Numbered from the whole stretch's first letter, positions 1 to 9,897 are shown. The stretch is DNA of 59,043 nt, filler included, from 8 parts of 8 records of this genome joined end to end with filler, not necessarily neighbours in it; one strand, 5' to 3'. Numbers and translations: made by a program. Notes: generated by a model from the letters alone, not told the origin.

Positions 1-23
1 CCCCGGGATCTGAAAGGTCTGTC

Positions 24-995
24 ATGCCTTTGAAAGAAAAGAAGCGGATCCTCATCGCCGACAGTGAGCTTCTGAACCTGGCAACCCTGGTCGGCACCCT
101 GAAAGACGACTACCACGTCGTTGTCGCGAAGAACCCAAAAGACATCAGTCATCAATTGAACAAGAACCCTGTTGACCTAGTCCTGCTCGATACCCGTTTC
201 AATGATGAAGATGGATTTGAGCTCTGCCGCCGAATTAAGAGCACTGGTGAGGGCAGCAACATACCACTGATCCTGATCAGCACTGAGAACAGTGTCGCGG
301 CAGAAGCAAAGGGGTTCGAAGTCGGCGCCGTTGACTACATCACCAAGCCTTTTAACGCACCGACGGCCCTTGCCCGCATTCGTAATCAGATTCGCCTGAG
401 TGAGGCGATCAAAGAGCTGAAACGGCTGAACACTCTGGCGCTCGATGCAAATCCCAACACCGGCCTGCCTGGGAACAACAGTATCCACAACGAGCTCAAA
501 AGGGTCATCGACCTGGGAGAACAGAGCTGCATCGTCTATGCGGATCTCGACCACTTCAAGATATATAACGACACCTACGGCTTTGCCAGGGGTGACGAAG
601 CGATTATTTTTACCGCCAATATCATCAAGGTCGCATTACAGGCCGCCAGTTGCAAAGACGCCTTTATCGGCCATATCGGAGGCGATGATTTTGTCTTTGT
701 CCTGCCGTCAAACGAATGCCAACGTGTGGCCGATGACATTATCAAACGGATCGAACTCGGACTGGCGGAATTGTATCCTCAGGAAGATATCGAGCGCGGC
801 TACGTCAGTGCGGTCAGCCGTGACGGTGTTGAGAAGCAATACCCTCTGATCAGCCTGAGTATGGGTGGGGTCGATCTCTCCAAACGGAAGATCGACAGCG
901 TCTTTGAGATTGTTGATGTCTGTACAGAGATGAAAAAAGCGGCCAAGAAGAAGTCGGGCAGCGCATTCCTACTCTGCCAGAGAAGCACACCCTGA
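24..995 (+). CDS. Response regulator with diguanylate cyclase domain (REC-GGDEF)
   Basis: N-terminal receiver (DLVLLD, GAVDYITKPF); DANPNTGLPGN, DLDHFKIYNDTYG and GGDDF motifs. Confidence 0.9.
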   Translation: MPLKEKKRILIADSELLNLATLVGTLKDDYHVVVAKNPKDISHQLNKNPVDLVLLDTRFNDEDGFELCRRIKSTGEGSNIPLILISTENSVAAEAKGFEVGAVDYITKPFNAPTALARIRNQIRLSEAIKELKRLNTLALDANPNTGLPGNNSIHNELKRVIDLGEQSCIVYADLDHFKIYNDTYGFARGDEAIIFTANIIKVALQAASCKDAFIGHIGGDDFVFVLPSNECQRVADDIIKRIELGLAELYPQEDIERGYVSAVSRDGVEKQYPLISLSMGGVDLSKRKIDSVFEIVDVCTEMKKAAKKKSGSAFLLCQRSTP

Positions 996-996
996 T

Positions 997-1728
997 CTAT
1001 ACCGATACCGGGAGTCTGTTGAGGACCTGAATGACCTGTTCGTTGGTCCAGCACAGGTGTTCATCCATCCTGCGGCTCGCCATGTCAGGCTCCTGTTCTT
1101 CGATCGCCTGAAAAATCGCCTCATGCTGATCCGCAATGGTTGCGCAATTGTCCGCATGGTCCGTCGTCTCAACCAGAGCTGGCTGGAGAAACTCCTCGGC
1201 AAACGAAAAAATATTGGTCAGGACATGAACGCGCAGAAAATTCTGTGACGCCTGAGCGATCGCGATATGAAACTGTCGATCCGATTCCCAGGAGAATGTG
1301 GCCGCTTCACCCGGCTTTCGAAGCCGGTGAAGGGCGTCAGCAATCTGCTCCAGGTCCGCATCCGTGCGGTTCTTTGCCGCGTTATACGCGCTGGCCTGCT
1401 CCAGATCCCGACGGATTTCATACAGCTGAATAATCTTGCTCAGGTCACCCTGAATCAGGTCCTTCAACGGATCCCTCTGAAAACTGGTGTCCACTGAGCG
1501 GACAAAATTGCCTCTCCGTTTCCGCGCTTCAATGTATCCGAGTGTTTCCAGTCGATTCAATGCCTCACGCAAAGAAGAGCGGCCGACACCCAGAAGTTCA
1601 ATAAGCTGTCGTTCTCCCGGCAACTTATCACCCGGCTTCAAGGTCCCATCAACAATCAGCTTGATAATCTGCTCGCTGATTTTGTCGGAAACTCTGGCAA
1701 CGTTTATCTCTTTAAACACATCGTCCAT
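997..1728 (-). CDS. GntR/FadR-family transcriptional regulator
   Basis: LKPGDKLPGERQL...GVGRSSLREAL wHTH; FCD domain (FHIAIA...HEAIFQAI). Confidence 0.9.
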   Translation of the reverse strand: MDDVFKEINVARVSDKISEQIIKLIVDGTLKPGDKLPGERQLIELLGVGRSSLREALNRLETLGYIEARKRRGNFVRSVDTSFQRDPLKDLIQGDLSKIIQLYEIRRDLEQASAYNAAKNRTDADLEQIADALHRLRKPGEAATFSWESDRQFHIAIAQASQNFLRVHVLTNIFSFAEEFLQPALVETTDHADNCATIADQHEAIFQAIEEQEPDMASRRMDEHLCWTNEQVIQVLNRLPVSV

Positions 1729-1883
1729 CGTCTGCTTGTCGATCTATCGCTTCGGCTTCAGCAAAAGTAACTCTCAAAAGGTGATACCGAGGCTATAGCA
1801 AAAAACGGACAGCAAAACAATGACAAGCTCAATCTCGTCTCCTCGTTCGGAGTCACAACTGATTCGAAACGCTCCGTACCCAG

Positions 1884-2189
1884 TTAAAGAAACCTGCGGC
1901 TATGCCCCGAGCATGCAGAGAACGACTCCGAACTCAGACAGTTTGAAGCTTGACGGTTAAGCTGATTATTTTTGACCGAATCAGTTTCGCCCCTTTCATG
2001 TGCCGGAGCAATCTTTTTGCGCAGATAAAGACGATTGATATCAGCCCGGCAGACGCCAATGTCCTTCAGCAGGCGATCATCCATTTCCATCAGATACCGT
2101 CGGTGGAAAGCACGCTGACGCCGTAATTTCAACCCGTGAGAAAAGGAACGATATTTTTCGATCAATTGCCCTACCCAGCCTGCTTTCAT
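1884..2189 (-). CDS. Small Arg-rich DUF1127 (YjiS-like) protein
   Basis: RRQRAFHRRYLMEMDDRLLKDIGVCRADI matches the DUF1127 pattern; ATG at 2189 follows GGAGGAG RBS. Confidence 0.75.
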   Translation of the reverse strand: MKAGWVGQLIEKYRSFSHGLKLRRQRAFHRRYLMEMDDRLLKDIGVCRADINRLYLRKKIAPAHERGETDSVKNNQLNRQASNCLSSESFSACSGHSRRFL

Positions 2190-2270
2190 AGTCTCCTCCA
2201 ATTTGTTTGGTTGACAATGACTATGAAGACAGGCAGACTATTAATCAAACGAATACTTTTGATACTAACT

Positions 2271-2285
2271 ATCATTTTTTCTGAT
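2271..2285. promoter_or_regulatory. Putative LysR recognition box
   Basis: ATCA-N7-TGAT (T-N11-A) dyad overlapping the LysR start, between the divergent genes. Confidence 0.5.
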
Positions 2286-3192
2286 GATTAAATTGCCTAC
2301 ACATATCCCAACAGATCTATTGAGATCTTTTCTCGCTGTTATCGACAGTGGGAGCTTCAGCCTGGCTGCTGATCAGGTTCATCGAACCCAGTCCGCGATT
2401 AGTATGCAGATAAAAAAACTGGAAGATCTTCTGGAAAAACCTTTGATAAACAGGGAAAAGAAAATCTCGACCTTGACGGCTGACGGTCAGATTCTGGCAA
2501 ACTACGCGCGGCGGATTCTGCAATTGAATGAAGAGGCCATTTCCCTGTTAAAACGCCCTGAACTGACCGGTTGGATCAATATCGGCATTCCCGATGATTA
2601 TGCACCCCGATTCCTGCCGGAAATTCTGGCACGTTTTTCCCGCACGCATCCGCGCATTCAGGTTCAAGTCAATTGCGAACCCAGTAGCGTTCTTATTCAG
2701 GGGATTAACAAAGGAGATCTCGACCTGGCCCTGACGACGACTCTTGAGCCGAGTGTGAGTATCAATCAGAAGACCAGCTATCTGCTGCGCTCGGAGGCCA
2801 CATTCTGGGCCTGTTCGGCCGAACATCCGATCTACAAACAACGGCCACTTCCGTTGGCAATGTTTCCCAGAGATTGCTGCTGGAGAACTGTCGGTACCCG
2901 CGGCCTGGATCAGGCCGGAATCGATTATCGTATCGCCTATTCAAGTGCCAGCTTGACAGGTCTGCAAGCCGCCGTGAATGCCGGGTTGGCCGTAACGGTA
3001 CTGAGTCAGAGCTCTCTTTCATCAGACCTGCAAAAAATACCGGACAGTGCCGGTTTTCCCGCTCTTCCACCCACTCATCTAGTCTTGAACAAAAATCCCC
3101 ACGGGAATCAACTGCTTATCAATGCATTGGAAGAACATATCTTCAAGGCAGTCGGCAATCTGGGATACGCTCAGCGTGAGGAGAATCTTTAA
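2284..3192 (+). CDS. LysR-family transcriptional regulator
   Basis: LLRSFLAVIDSGSFSLAADQVHRTQSAISMQIKKLE HTH plus substrate-binding domain. Confidence 0.95.
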   Translation: MIKLPTHIPTDLLRSFLAVIDSGSFSLAADQVHRTQSAISMQIKKLEDLLEKPLINREKKISTLTADGQILANYARRILQLNEEAISLLKRPELTGWINIGIPDDYAPRFLPEILARFSRTHPRIQVQVNCEPSSVLIQGINKGDLDLALTTTLEPSVSINQKTSYLLRSEATFWACSAEHPIYKQRPLPLAMFPRDCCWRTVGTRGLDQAGIDYRIAYSSASLTGLQAAVNAGLAVTVLSQSSLSSDLQKIPDSAGFPALPPTHLVLNKNPHGNQLLINALEEHIFKAVGNLGYAQREENL

Positions 3193-3689
3193 GAAAGGGG
3201 GAAGGACGAAATCTCTTCGAAGCAGTTAAGCTGCGTATTTTTGCGAACGTTTTCCGAACTGAATATCTTGCCGTTCATGACGATCCACACGCCCTGGGGC
3301 AATACTTGCACTGCGGTTAAAGCACTGGCAACGTTGTAAATAGCGTCGGTGGAACGGAAACGTGCCGGCTGCATTGCTCCTGTCAGAACAATCGTTTTGC
3401 AGCCCAGATTCTGAAGAGACTGTGCGGTTTGAACCATTGTGTCCGTCCCGTGAGTTATCACAATCTTTTCGGAAGGGCTTGCAAGAACCGTTTTCTTAAT
3501 CACTTCCCGATCAGCCTCGGTCAGGTCCAGGCTGTCCTTACGCAGCAAAGGGACTATGCGATATTCAAGAGTCAGATTTGCTTCTTTCAGCACATCACCA
3601 ATTTGCGGCTCCCCCACTTCAAAGCGACTGTTTGCGTCAAAATAGATCTTGTCGATCGTCCCGCCGGTTGTGATAATTTCAATTAACAC
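3189..3689 (-). CDS. Short asparaginase-family protein (N-terminal domain only)
   Basis: TTGGTIDK, ITHGTDTM and LTGAMQP motifs. Confidence 0.85.
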   Translation of the reverse strand: MLIEIITTGGTIDKIYFDANSRFEVGEPQIGDVLKEANLTLEYRIVPLLRKDSLDLTEADREVIKKTVLASPSEKIVITHGTDTMVQTAQSLQNLGCKTIVLTGAMQPARFRSTDAIYNVASALTAVQVLPQGVWIVMNGKIFSSENVRKNTQLNCFEEISSFPLS

Positions 3690-3703
3690 CCGGAAGATCC
3701 TCG

Positions 3704-3994
3704 CTATTCATGAGGCTTGATAACGATCACCTGACCGCCCAGCAACGCACTGACAACTTTTTTCCGACCGCTGGTCACAAGACGCTGGACCGTCCCGCGG
3801 GACACTCCCATCTGCTCCCCCGCTTCGGTCTGAGTCATCGCCTCACGATCACACAGCGTCATCGCCTCCATTTCGTCCGCTTCAATTTCAACGATTTCAA
3901 GCTCGGAAATCGGAGTTCCGACAGGCTTAAACGTCGAGTCGGACGGCCGCCGACTCGGGCAACAATGTCTCGGTTTTCGTGGCCTTGGTGACAT
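3704..3994 (-). CDS. DUF134 predicted DNA-binding protein
   Basis: MSPRPRKPRHC...EMEAMTLCD...QTEAGEQMGVSRGTVQRL...GRKKV pattern. Confidence 0.85.
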   Translation of the reverse strand: MSPRPRKPRHCCPSRRPSDSTFKPVGTPISELEIVEIEADEMEAMTLCDREAMTQTEAGEQMGVSRGTVQRLVTSGRKKVVSALLGGQVIVIKPHE

Positions 3995-4018
3995 GAGCTC
4001 ATCCCTCCGCGCTTTCTG

Positions 4019-4435
4019 CTAAAGAGCCTTATCGATAGCGTTACGCAGGTCCTCACAGACACCCGCATGCAGCTGGACAAATTCCTCGTCATCCTCAATC
4101 AGTCCCCTGATCAGGTCCTCCCCCAGACGCAAAAGGCGGATCTGGGTTTCTCCATTCTGACTGAAGACAACGATAAATCGAGGCATCAGAACAGCCCTCT
4201 CGAGACCGCCCCTCAAGGCTTGCGCCGACCGCTTGGGAGCACACACCTGCACCATATGCAGATCAAACCCTTCAGCGACCTCAGCCCCGTGATAACCGAA
4301 GTGGTGTGCCATCTCCATCTTATCGTCATTGTGGATAATAAAACCCGACATCGTCATCGAGCGACCAAGATCTTTAATAAATTCAGGAATTTTCTTGGAA
4401 GTGCGCACCTTGTAAACATCACTGGTAACAGCCAT
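4019..4435 (-). CDS. DUF302-like hypothetical protein
   Basis: 138 aa; VQVCAPK...A...LMPRFIVV resembles DUF302; operonic with DUF134. Confidence 0.55.
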   Translation of the reverse strand: MAVTSDVYKVRTSKKIPEFIKDLGRSMTMSGFIIHNDDKMEMAHHFGYHGAEVAEGFDLHMVQVCAPKRSAQALRGGLERAVLMPRFIVVFSQNGETQIRLLRLGEDLIRGLIEDDEEFVQLHAGVCEDLRNAIDKAL

Positions 4436-4856
4436 AGAAATGATCCTTTCGATAATTTTATGTGCAAATGCACGCTATATTTGCCGACTAAAAAAGTCAA
4501 GCACATGTCACCGTCACAAACAAAACGTAGACATTTGGATCAAGTTTGTAGAGAAATCCACCTCATAAAAGATAAATAAGACCAAAAAACTCAACAAAAT
4601 GAGAACTCTTTGATATTTATGCAAAGATTCTCACCTCGTTGAGAAAAAACAGGACAAAAGAGTTGCATTTTTTCCTGTTTTGCAAAAAGATAACAGCTTG
4701 TTTAATGAGGCGCAGATCCTCAATTCAATGATCGATCATTTTCCAACGTAGAAAAATAACCGATCATCAACGTCGATGGTCAAATCTTCCAATGGCGGTT
4801 TTATTCAAAGCATGCATATTGTAAACCCTATCATTCCCCACTACAGAGGAGGCACC

Positions 4857-6020
4857 ATGAAACGTATTGTCAATGTCGCTCTTATCAGCATTATTGCTGT
4901 CATGCTGGCCATGCCGGCACTTGCTGCTGACGTCATCAAAGTCGGCTTCAACATTCCGCTGACCGGTGATATTCCCGAGGTTGGTGAAGGCTCCAAGAAC
5001 GCTGCCGAAATGTACCTGGAAGACATCAACGGTGCCGGTGGTCTGGACGTCGGCGGCAAGAAGTACATGCTCGAGTTCGTTTATATGGACAACGAGTCCA
5101 AAGCAGAATCAGCTGTTAACGCTGCTCTTAAATTGATTGAGCAGGAAGAAGTTGTCGCGATTATCGGTCCTAACTCTTCCAAGCAGGCCGTTCCGGGTGG
5201 AGGTACTGCGAACGATAACCGCACTCCGATGATCAGCCCCTGGTCAACCAACCCGAATACCACTTTGGATCGCCCATGGGTTTTCCGTGCCGCTTTCCTT
5301 GACCCCTTCCAGGGTCCTGTGGTTGCGGACTTCGCTGCTAAAAAATTCGGAGCTAAAACATCTGCCGTTCTTTACGATGTCAACAATGATTACTCTGTCG
5401 GCCTGGCAGAAGTCTTCAAGGCTGCCTGGGAAGCCAAAGGCCTCGGACCGGTCGTTGCGTACGAATCAAACGGGACCAAGGATCAGGATTTCTCCGCTCA
5501 GCTAACCACAATCATCGCAGCCAAACCTGACTTCATTTTTGTGCCTGAAAACTACAATCAGGTTGCCCTGATCATCCCGCAAGCACGCGATCTTGGATAC
5601 ACCGGTCAGTTCATGGGTTCTGATGCCTGGGGCACTCCTGACCTGGTCAAACTTTGTGGTGAGCAGTGTAACGGTCAGTACTTCTCAACTCACTACGCTG
5701 CAGCTGGTGCCAAAGGCGCCACCAAGGTTTTCATCGACCGCTACGTAAAAAAGTATGGTGCTGAGCCTGCTGACTACGCTGCGCTGACCTGGGATTCCAT
5801 CGGTCTGCTGGTTGAAGGCATCAAGAACGCCGGTAAAGTCGAAAAGAGCCCACGCAAGATGCGTAAAGCGGTTCGCGACGGCCTGGCAGCCATCAAGTCC
5901 TTTGACGGCATCACCGGTTCCTCCAAATTTGACGCACAGGGCGACCCGATTAAATGTGCCGTTGTTGTCAAGATTTCTGACGAAGGCACCTTCGTCTTTG
6001 AAGAATCTGTCTGCCCATAA
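4857..6020 (+). CDS. Branched-chain amino acid ABC transporter substrate-binding protein (LivJ/LivK family)
   Basis: Signal peptide, IKVGFNIPLTG, WVFRAAF.D.FQG, QDFSAQLT; ATG at 4857 after GAGGAGG. Confidence 0.9.
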   Translation: MKRIVNVALISIIAVMLAMPALAADVIKVGFNIPLTGDIPEVGEGSKNAAEMYLEDINGAGGLDVGGKKYMLEFVYMDNESKAESAVNAALKLIEQEEVVAIIGPNSSKQAVPGGGTANDNRTPMISPWSTNPNTTLDRPWVFRAAFLDPFQGPVVADFAAKKFGAKTSAVLYDVNNDYSVGLAEVFKAAWEAKGLGPVVAYESNGTKDQDFSAQLTTIIAAKPDFIFVPENYNQVALIIPQARDLGYTGQFMGSDAWGTPDLVKLCGEQCNGQYFSTHYAAAGAKGATKVFIDRYVKKYGAEPADYAALTWDSIGLLVEGIKNAGKVEKSPRKMRKAVRDGLAAIKSFDGITGSSKFDAQGDPIKCAVVVKISDEGTFVFEESVCP

Positions 6021-6048
6021 TTCAATCGACATCAGGTGTTAAACAGGC

Positions 6049-6066
6049 GGGGGCCTTCGGGCCCCC
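6049..6066 (+). terminator. GC-rich hairpin after the binding-protein gene (cut by contig end)
   Basis: GGGGGCC-TTCG-GGCCCCC perfect 7-bp stem. Confidence 0.6.
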
Positions 6067-6166
6067 NNNNNNNNNNNNNNNNNNNNNNNNNNNNNNNNNN
6101 NNNNNNNNNNTTAATTAATTAANNNNNNNNNNNNNNNNNNNNNNNNNNNNNNNNNNNNNNNNNNNN
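6067..6166. other. Artificial contig linker
   Basis: N44-TTAATTAATTAA-N44; same linker at 16524-16623, 22918-23017, 31697-31796, 40753-40852, 46884-46983, 53619-53718. Confidence 0.98.
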
Positions 6167-6404
6167 TACCAGACAACTTGTGTCCAGGTACTTAACTCTC
6201 TAATAAACGCGCATGAGCAAGCCACTCTGAACGAAGGGGTGAATGCGCTTGATTGCGTGGTGTTCAAAGGCATTTAATTGAATTCAAAGGCCGGGTGTAT
6301 GACCGGGAGTGGATTCCAATGCAGTCCAACGGTATCTGTGCTCGGGCCATGCCCCCATCACTCAACTTTCATTTCAACAATACACTTCAATGGATCATTT
6401 TACG

Positions 6405-8948
6405 ATGAAGCGAACGCTTTTCATTGCCGGTTTCTCTCTCTTCTTTACCCTCTGTTCAATTTCAGCCCTCCCCAAACCCATTCAGACAACAACGGCCCAT
6501 GCCGCAAGCACTTCTACGCCATGCCCTGAAAAGGAGACACCCCTTCCGGCGGAACTCCATGACCTGATCGTCAAAGCGGAAAACCTGGGAGCCAAAGGGG
6601 AGAGTGCCGTAAAGCGAAACCAGCAGCACGCAGCAAAAAAACAGTTTAGCAAAGCGGCCAATCTACTGACATCCTACCTGAATCAGAATAAAAGCTGCCC
6701 CTTTGCTTATGCCCATTACGATGCCGGATATTTTCTCCACAGTGCCGGGAAATTCAAGCAGGCGGCACCCCATCTGAAAAAGGCTGTGGATCTTGCCCCT
6801 TGTTTCAATGAGGCGTGGCAACTCATGGCCATCAACGCCCATGAAATTGGGGAAAACAAACAAGCAGCCAACGCCATGGAAAAGGCGGCATCCCTGACTA
6901 AAAATCCCGACTTGACATACCAGGCCGCCCTATTCCGGTTGGACGCCGGGAATCCGAAAACGGCCCTTAAATTGCTTAGATCCCTTGAGAGGAGAAACGC
7001 TCCAAAGGCGGAGTGGCTGATCTCCCTCTCCAATCTTCTGGCCACCTTCAAGAAAAAGGTTGAAACGGCCCGGGCCATGGAAAAGGCGGCTCGCCTCAAA
7101 CGCGATCCTTCGCTGATGTTCCATGCGGCGTGGCTCTGGCTGGAGGCGGATCGTCCCCAAAATGCGCTTGGCCTTCTTGAATCGCTTGCCAAACGAAAGA
7201 ACCCGGATCTCAACTGGCTTTTGACGTTATGTAACACCTACATGACCCTGAAAAAAGATCTCAAAGCCGCAAAGACCATGGAGCGGGTCATTTTGATGGA
7301 TCCATCTGCCGACAACCTTTACTCCGGGGGACTGTTGTGGCTTCAGGTGAACCGCCACAAAAAGGCCCTGCCCCACCTGCAGCGTCTTACTAAAATGAAG
7401 TCGCCCAAGGCAAAATGGTTTGTGGCGCTGTGTCAGGCGTGGTTGCAATCTGAAAATATGTCCAAGGCAGTGGTGGCCATGGAGCGGGCGTTTACCATAT
7501 CCGGTAAAGGGGAACATGCCTATCAGGCAGGCATCATGCGCCTTCAGCTTAAGGAAGCGGACAAGGCATTGAAGCTGCTTCTTCCTCTGGCGGATCGCCC
7601 AAAACCCAAAGGGGCATGGCTTAAGGCCATCTCCAATGCATGGGTGTTAAAGGACCTGTATGACCGGGCTGCCGCAGCCATGGAACGGGCCGCTAAATTG
7701 ACTCAAAAAAATGCAGACTATTTCCGTGCCGCCCAACTGTGGCTCCAGGCTGAGTCGGCCCCAAAGGCTTTGCCGCTGCTGCAACTGCTTGCAGCAAAAC
7801 CAAGCCCCAAGGTGAAATGGCTGTTGACGCTCTCCGGCACCCATCAACGGCTGGATGAAATACCGGAAGCGGCCAAAGCCATGGAACGGGCTGCCGGAAT
7901 CTCGAAAAAAGGGAAACACTATTATCGCGCTGCCATGTTGTGGCAGCAGGCGGATCATCGGGAGAGCACCCTGAAGAATCTGAGACTCTGTGTGAAACTC
8001 ACCCCGATAAAAGAGCTTAATCAACGGTGGGTCATCGATCTTGCCGGCATGCTTCTGGAGGACGACCTCAAAAGTGAAGCAAGGGATGTCATGGACAAAA
8101 AAAGCAGACTGATGAATGCATCGCTATCCCCGAATCTTAGATATCACGGGGCAATGTTGTGGCTGCAATTAAATCGACCAAATCAGGCATTGCCTATCTT
8201 GGAGGCGATTTGCAGCAGCAGGCCGAAATATCCCTGGCTGGTATCCCTTGTAAAAACTGAGGTTGAGGTGGATCAAAAATCAGCAGCTCAAACCCATTTG
8301 AATCGTCTGTTGGCTCTCTATCCGGAGAGGTCTGATGCGTGGCGTCTGGCGGTTTGGCTGGCAAGGGAACAATCGGATTTCGAGAAGGCAGCGGCTGCCA
8401 TGGATGTGGTGGTGAGGCTGGAGAGTACCGGCCCGGATCCGCTCAAAGAGTCCCAGGTGAAGGAGCTGAGCCTTTACTATCACATGGCCGGAGTACCGGT
8501 GAAAGCGGCTAAAGCACTGGAGCGCACGTTGGGGGCGAATCCCACGGCTGAAGATCGGGATCGGATAAAAGAGATCTATCTTTCAGGGAAACGGTACGAA
8601 TCGGCTCTTGAACAAGCCAAGGCGGCCCTGAAGCTTGAACCAAGCGCAGAGAGATGGATTTCGGTGGGGGACATCGCTTTTTTAATGCGAGAGTTTGGAG
8701 AAAGTGCCAATGCGTATGAAAACGCTCTAAAATCGCTGGAAGACATTTCCATCACTCCGGCGATACGGATGAAAGCCGGGTACGCCTACATGAAAAGCAA
8801 CGCTTTTGAACGCGCCGAATACCATTTTCATATGGCACTGGATTATATGATGCCAGGCAACGGTGAAAAGTCTGCCGGTGATATTGAGAGTATTGAGGCA
8901 TGCTTGGCATACATAGACAACGTCAAGGAGATGGAACCCATTGAGTGA
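6405..8948 (+). CDS. Exported tetratricopeptide-repeat protein
   Basis: Signal-peptide-like MKRTLFIAGFSLFF; recurring ~67-aa units (AAxLWL...KALPLL...W...AMERAA). Confidence 0.8.
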   Translation: MKRTLFIAGFSLFFTLCSISALPKPIQTTTAHAASTSTPCPEKETPLPAELHDLIVKAENLGAKGESAVKRNQQHAAKKQFSKAANLLTSYLNQNKSCPFAYAHYDAGYFLHSAGKFKQAAPHLKKAVDLAPCFNEAWQLMAINAHEIGENKQAANAMEKAASLTKNPDLTYQAALFRLDAGNPKTALKLLRSLERRNAPKAEWLISLSNLLATFKKKVETARAMEKAARLKRDPSLMFHAAWLWLEADRPQNALGLLESLAKRKNPDLNWLLTLCNTYMTLKKDLKAAKTMERVILMDPSADNLYSGGLLWLQVNRHKKALPHLQRLTKMKSPKAKWFVALCQAWLQSENMSKAVVAMERAFTISGKGEHAYQAGIMRLQLKEADKALKLLLPLADRPKPKGAWLKAISNAWVLKDLYDRAAAAMERAAKLTQKNADYFRAAQLWLQAESAPKALPLLQLLAAKPSPKVKWLLTLSGTHQRLDEIPEAAKAMERAAGISKKGKHYYRAAMLWQQADHRESTLKNLRLCVKLTPIKELNQRWVIDLAGMLLEDDLKSEARDVMDKKSRLMNASLSPNLRYHGAMLWLQLNRPNQALPILEAICSSRPKYPWLVSLVKTEVEVDQKSAAQTHLNRLLALYPERSDAWRLAVWLAREQSDFEKAAAAMDVVVRLESTGPDPLKESQVKELSLYYHMAGVPVKAAKALERTLGANPTAEDRDRIKEIYLSGKRYESALEQAKAALKLEPSAERWISVGDIAFLMREFGESANAYENALKSLEDISITPAIRMKAGYAYMKSNAFERAEYHFHMALDYMMPGNGEKSAGDIESIEACLAYIDNVKEMEPIE

Positions 8949-8997
8949 TGAAAACGATGTCAATTATTCGGCATTTTTCATTTATCAATTTGCACAT

Positions 8998-9067
8998 ATT
9001 TTGAACCATGATTTACGTGATTTTTAATCATGTCCATGATGAAAACCCTTTAATCATGGTTCAAAAT
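8998..9067. repeat. 16-bp perfect inverted repeat element
   Basis: ATTTTGAACCATGATT (8998-9013) and AATCATGGTTCAAAAT (9052-9067). Confidence 0.8.
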
Positions 9068-9125
9068 TTTCAGGAAAGTGTATATCACTTTCGAATTGAC
9101 ACGGAAAATCTATTTTTATAAATAA

Positions 9126-9546
9126 CTACATTTGAATCAAAAGTTTTTCCAATATCCGGCTGAAACTCTCTTGTTCTTCCGGTGTCAACCCGGAGACGAT
9201 TTCCCGTGTCATTTCCAAATGGAATTTCTCATGCTCGAGAAAACAGGCCTCCCCCTTTTGTCAGCTCGATGACATAGGCCCTTCGATCTGTTTTATGAGG
9301 TTTTCTCACCAACAGATGCTTTTTTTCAAGACGATCCACAGCAACGGTCAAGGTGCCCGTGGTGACACCGACTTTCTCCGCCAACTCTTTCATCTTGATT
9401 GGGCCTGAATGCCCGACAACATCTATCGTATGCACCTGCGAAGTAGTCAATCCACTGTCCTTGACCACGGACTCCTCCCAGGATGACAGCTTTTCAAAAA
9501 ACTCAATGATGATCTTAGATAGATGAACAATATCCATTGATTTCAA
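9126..9546 (-). CDS. MarR-family regulator (frameshift near 9255, probably a sequencing error)
   Basis: MKELAEKVGVTTGTLTVAVDRLEK...DRRAYVIELT; after the AAAAGGGGG run another frame continues GEACFLEHEKFHLEMTREI...LIQM* to 9126. Confidence 0.85.
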
Positions 9547-9862
9547 CCCCTTTCCTCTGATTTCCCGGAAGCATCACGACATCCGAAAATATTCATTTCA
9601 CCGGTATATTTCATAAAAATATAAAAAATCGACACCCCTCATTCCCGCTTGACACGTTGCAGCGCACCGTTCCCATTTTCCGGAATCTGCTTGCTTCAAA
9701 ACAGTGGAAAACGCTTTTAAGCGTGCTTTTGAAGTCATATGAAAGATGCCAAAAAATCATTGTGTCTCTACCACATTTAGTTCATAAAAACCAACCGCCA
9801 AATACCTTGACGATCAAATTACTTGACAATCAATTTAAAATAATTTACTCACAGATAGTATT

Positions 9863-9897
9863 TAATTTGATAACCAAACTATTTAATAGTCAAATTA
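9863..9897. promoter_or_regulatory. Putative repressor operator upstream of the P-type ATPase
   Basis: TAATTTGA...TCAAATTA inverted repeat enclosing TAATTTG-N5-CAAACTA. Confidence 0.4.

Noticed and set aside
4776-4856. N-terminal extension of the BCAA-binding protein in the ORF track
   Set aside because: Better start at 4857 with a GAGGAGG RBS and a signal peptide
6111-6122. Recurrent TTAATTAATTAA palindrome as a biological repeat or CRISPR
   Set aside because: Always centred in N runs; an artificial linker with stops in all six frames
9250-9260. Programmed ribosomal frameshifting in MarR and other split genes
   Set aside because: Breaks are scattered across unrelated housekeeping families; sequencing error is the simpler explanation
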